A stretch of DNA of 60,000 bases from Lytechinus pictus (lineage: Eukaryota). The stretch is from assembly GCF_037042905.1 (NCBI RefSeq), contig NC_087252.1:1738001-1798000 (forward strand). The letters are read 5' to 3'. The position numbers and the translations under genes were made by a program. The stretch's first letter is position 1, and every line of letters begins with the position of its first letter. This document shows positions 59,246 to 60,000 of this stretch, one piece after another. The notes below the pieces were generated by a model. The model saw nothing but the letters and a program-made list of their open reading frames with translations, searched no databases and was not told the DNA's origin.

Positions 59246-60000
59246 TATCCATGGGACCGACATTTTTCCAACTCCTATTAACGACAAACATAGTTGAAGT
59301 CATAGAAGAATTCTTTCATGGATATTTTGTCACAATCAACACCCCAAATGTCATCATCATTTCAGTTTTTTTTCAAATTAACACGTACTATAAGTTTGTT
59401 TTCACTAACCACAATGCACTGGGGTACATACTAGGGCACACATGGATTTACAATCAGGTACATGTATGTATTTGATTGTATTCTTTTGTGAAAATGGGTC
59501 TCATTGTTTCTACAGGGTGATAATTATGAATGACACTTTCATTTCAATCAATCAGACACATGTATTTGATTGCATTCTTTTGTGAAAACTGGTCTCGTTA
59601 TACGATCTATGTATCTACAGGTTTCACGATAGTTATAACTTTGATTTCAATCTTTTGTGAAAACGGGTCTCATTGTTTTTACACACATGTATTTGATTGC
59701 CTTTCTTGGTGCAAACAGGTCTAAGTGTGTAATAAACATAGTTTTTAATCAGTTCCATGACTTATATTCTAGTTGCCACTTTATTCTGAACCAGAAAAAA
59801 AAAATACTAACCTTAAGAAAGTGGCAAATGGAGTGATTGTCCTGGAGGACATTGCCCTGTTTCATTGACCTTACATACATGTATTATAAAACATTTCAAT
59901 ACATAGAGTATATATTTACTCTCACAACATAATAAAAATGTTAAGTATTCATCATCAAAACAGTTAACACAACACTACATTTTGAGTTAAGCAGTCTACA

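Overview
AT-rich, repeat-dense eukaryotic (metazoan) genomic DNA. The repeat families and gene type look most like a sea urchin or other echinoderm (inference; the species cannot be fixed from sequence alone). One multi-exon host gene can be rebuilt by hand on the + strand (33702-56038, 10 phase-consistent GT-AG exons, about 571 aa). It has a short signal peptide, two Ig-like domains, one transmembrane helix and a cytoplasmic IFI44-like P-loop GTPase domain, i.e. a candidate 'Ig receptor-GTPase'. A probable non-coding first exon of a divergent minus-strand gene lies just upstream of it. The rest is almost all transposon-derived. (1) An internally deleted 7.75-kb Academ-like DNA transposon (1515-9268) carries a spliced SGNH-hydrolase cargo gene fused by deletion to the transposase CXC tail. 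(2) A triplicated ~2-kb segment carries copy-specific insertions. (3) CR1/L2, Tx1/L1 and Penelope retroelements are present, the last with a hammerhead ribozyme motif, along with tRNA-derived SINEs with swapped LINE-type tails. (4) There are Kolobok-, hAT-, CACTA-, Tc1-, Harbinger-, MULE- and Helentron-type MITEs, including a five-deep nested stack in a 13-kb intron. (5) Two 26-33 bp palindromes with 7-bp TSDs look like P-element excision footprints. Most ORFs in the supplied track are spurious translations of microsatellites or MITEs.
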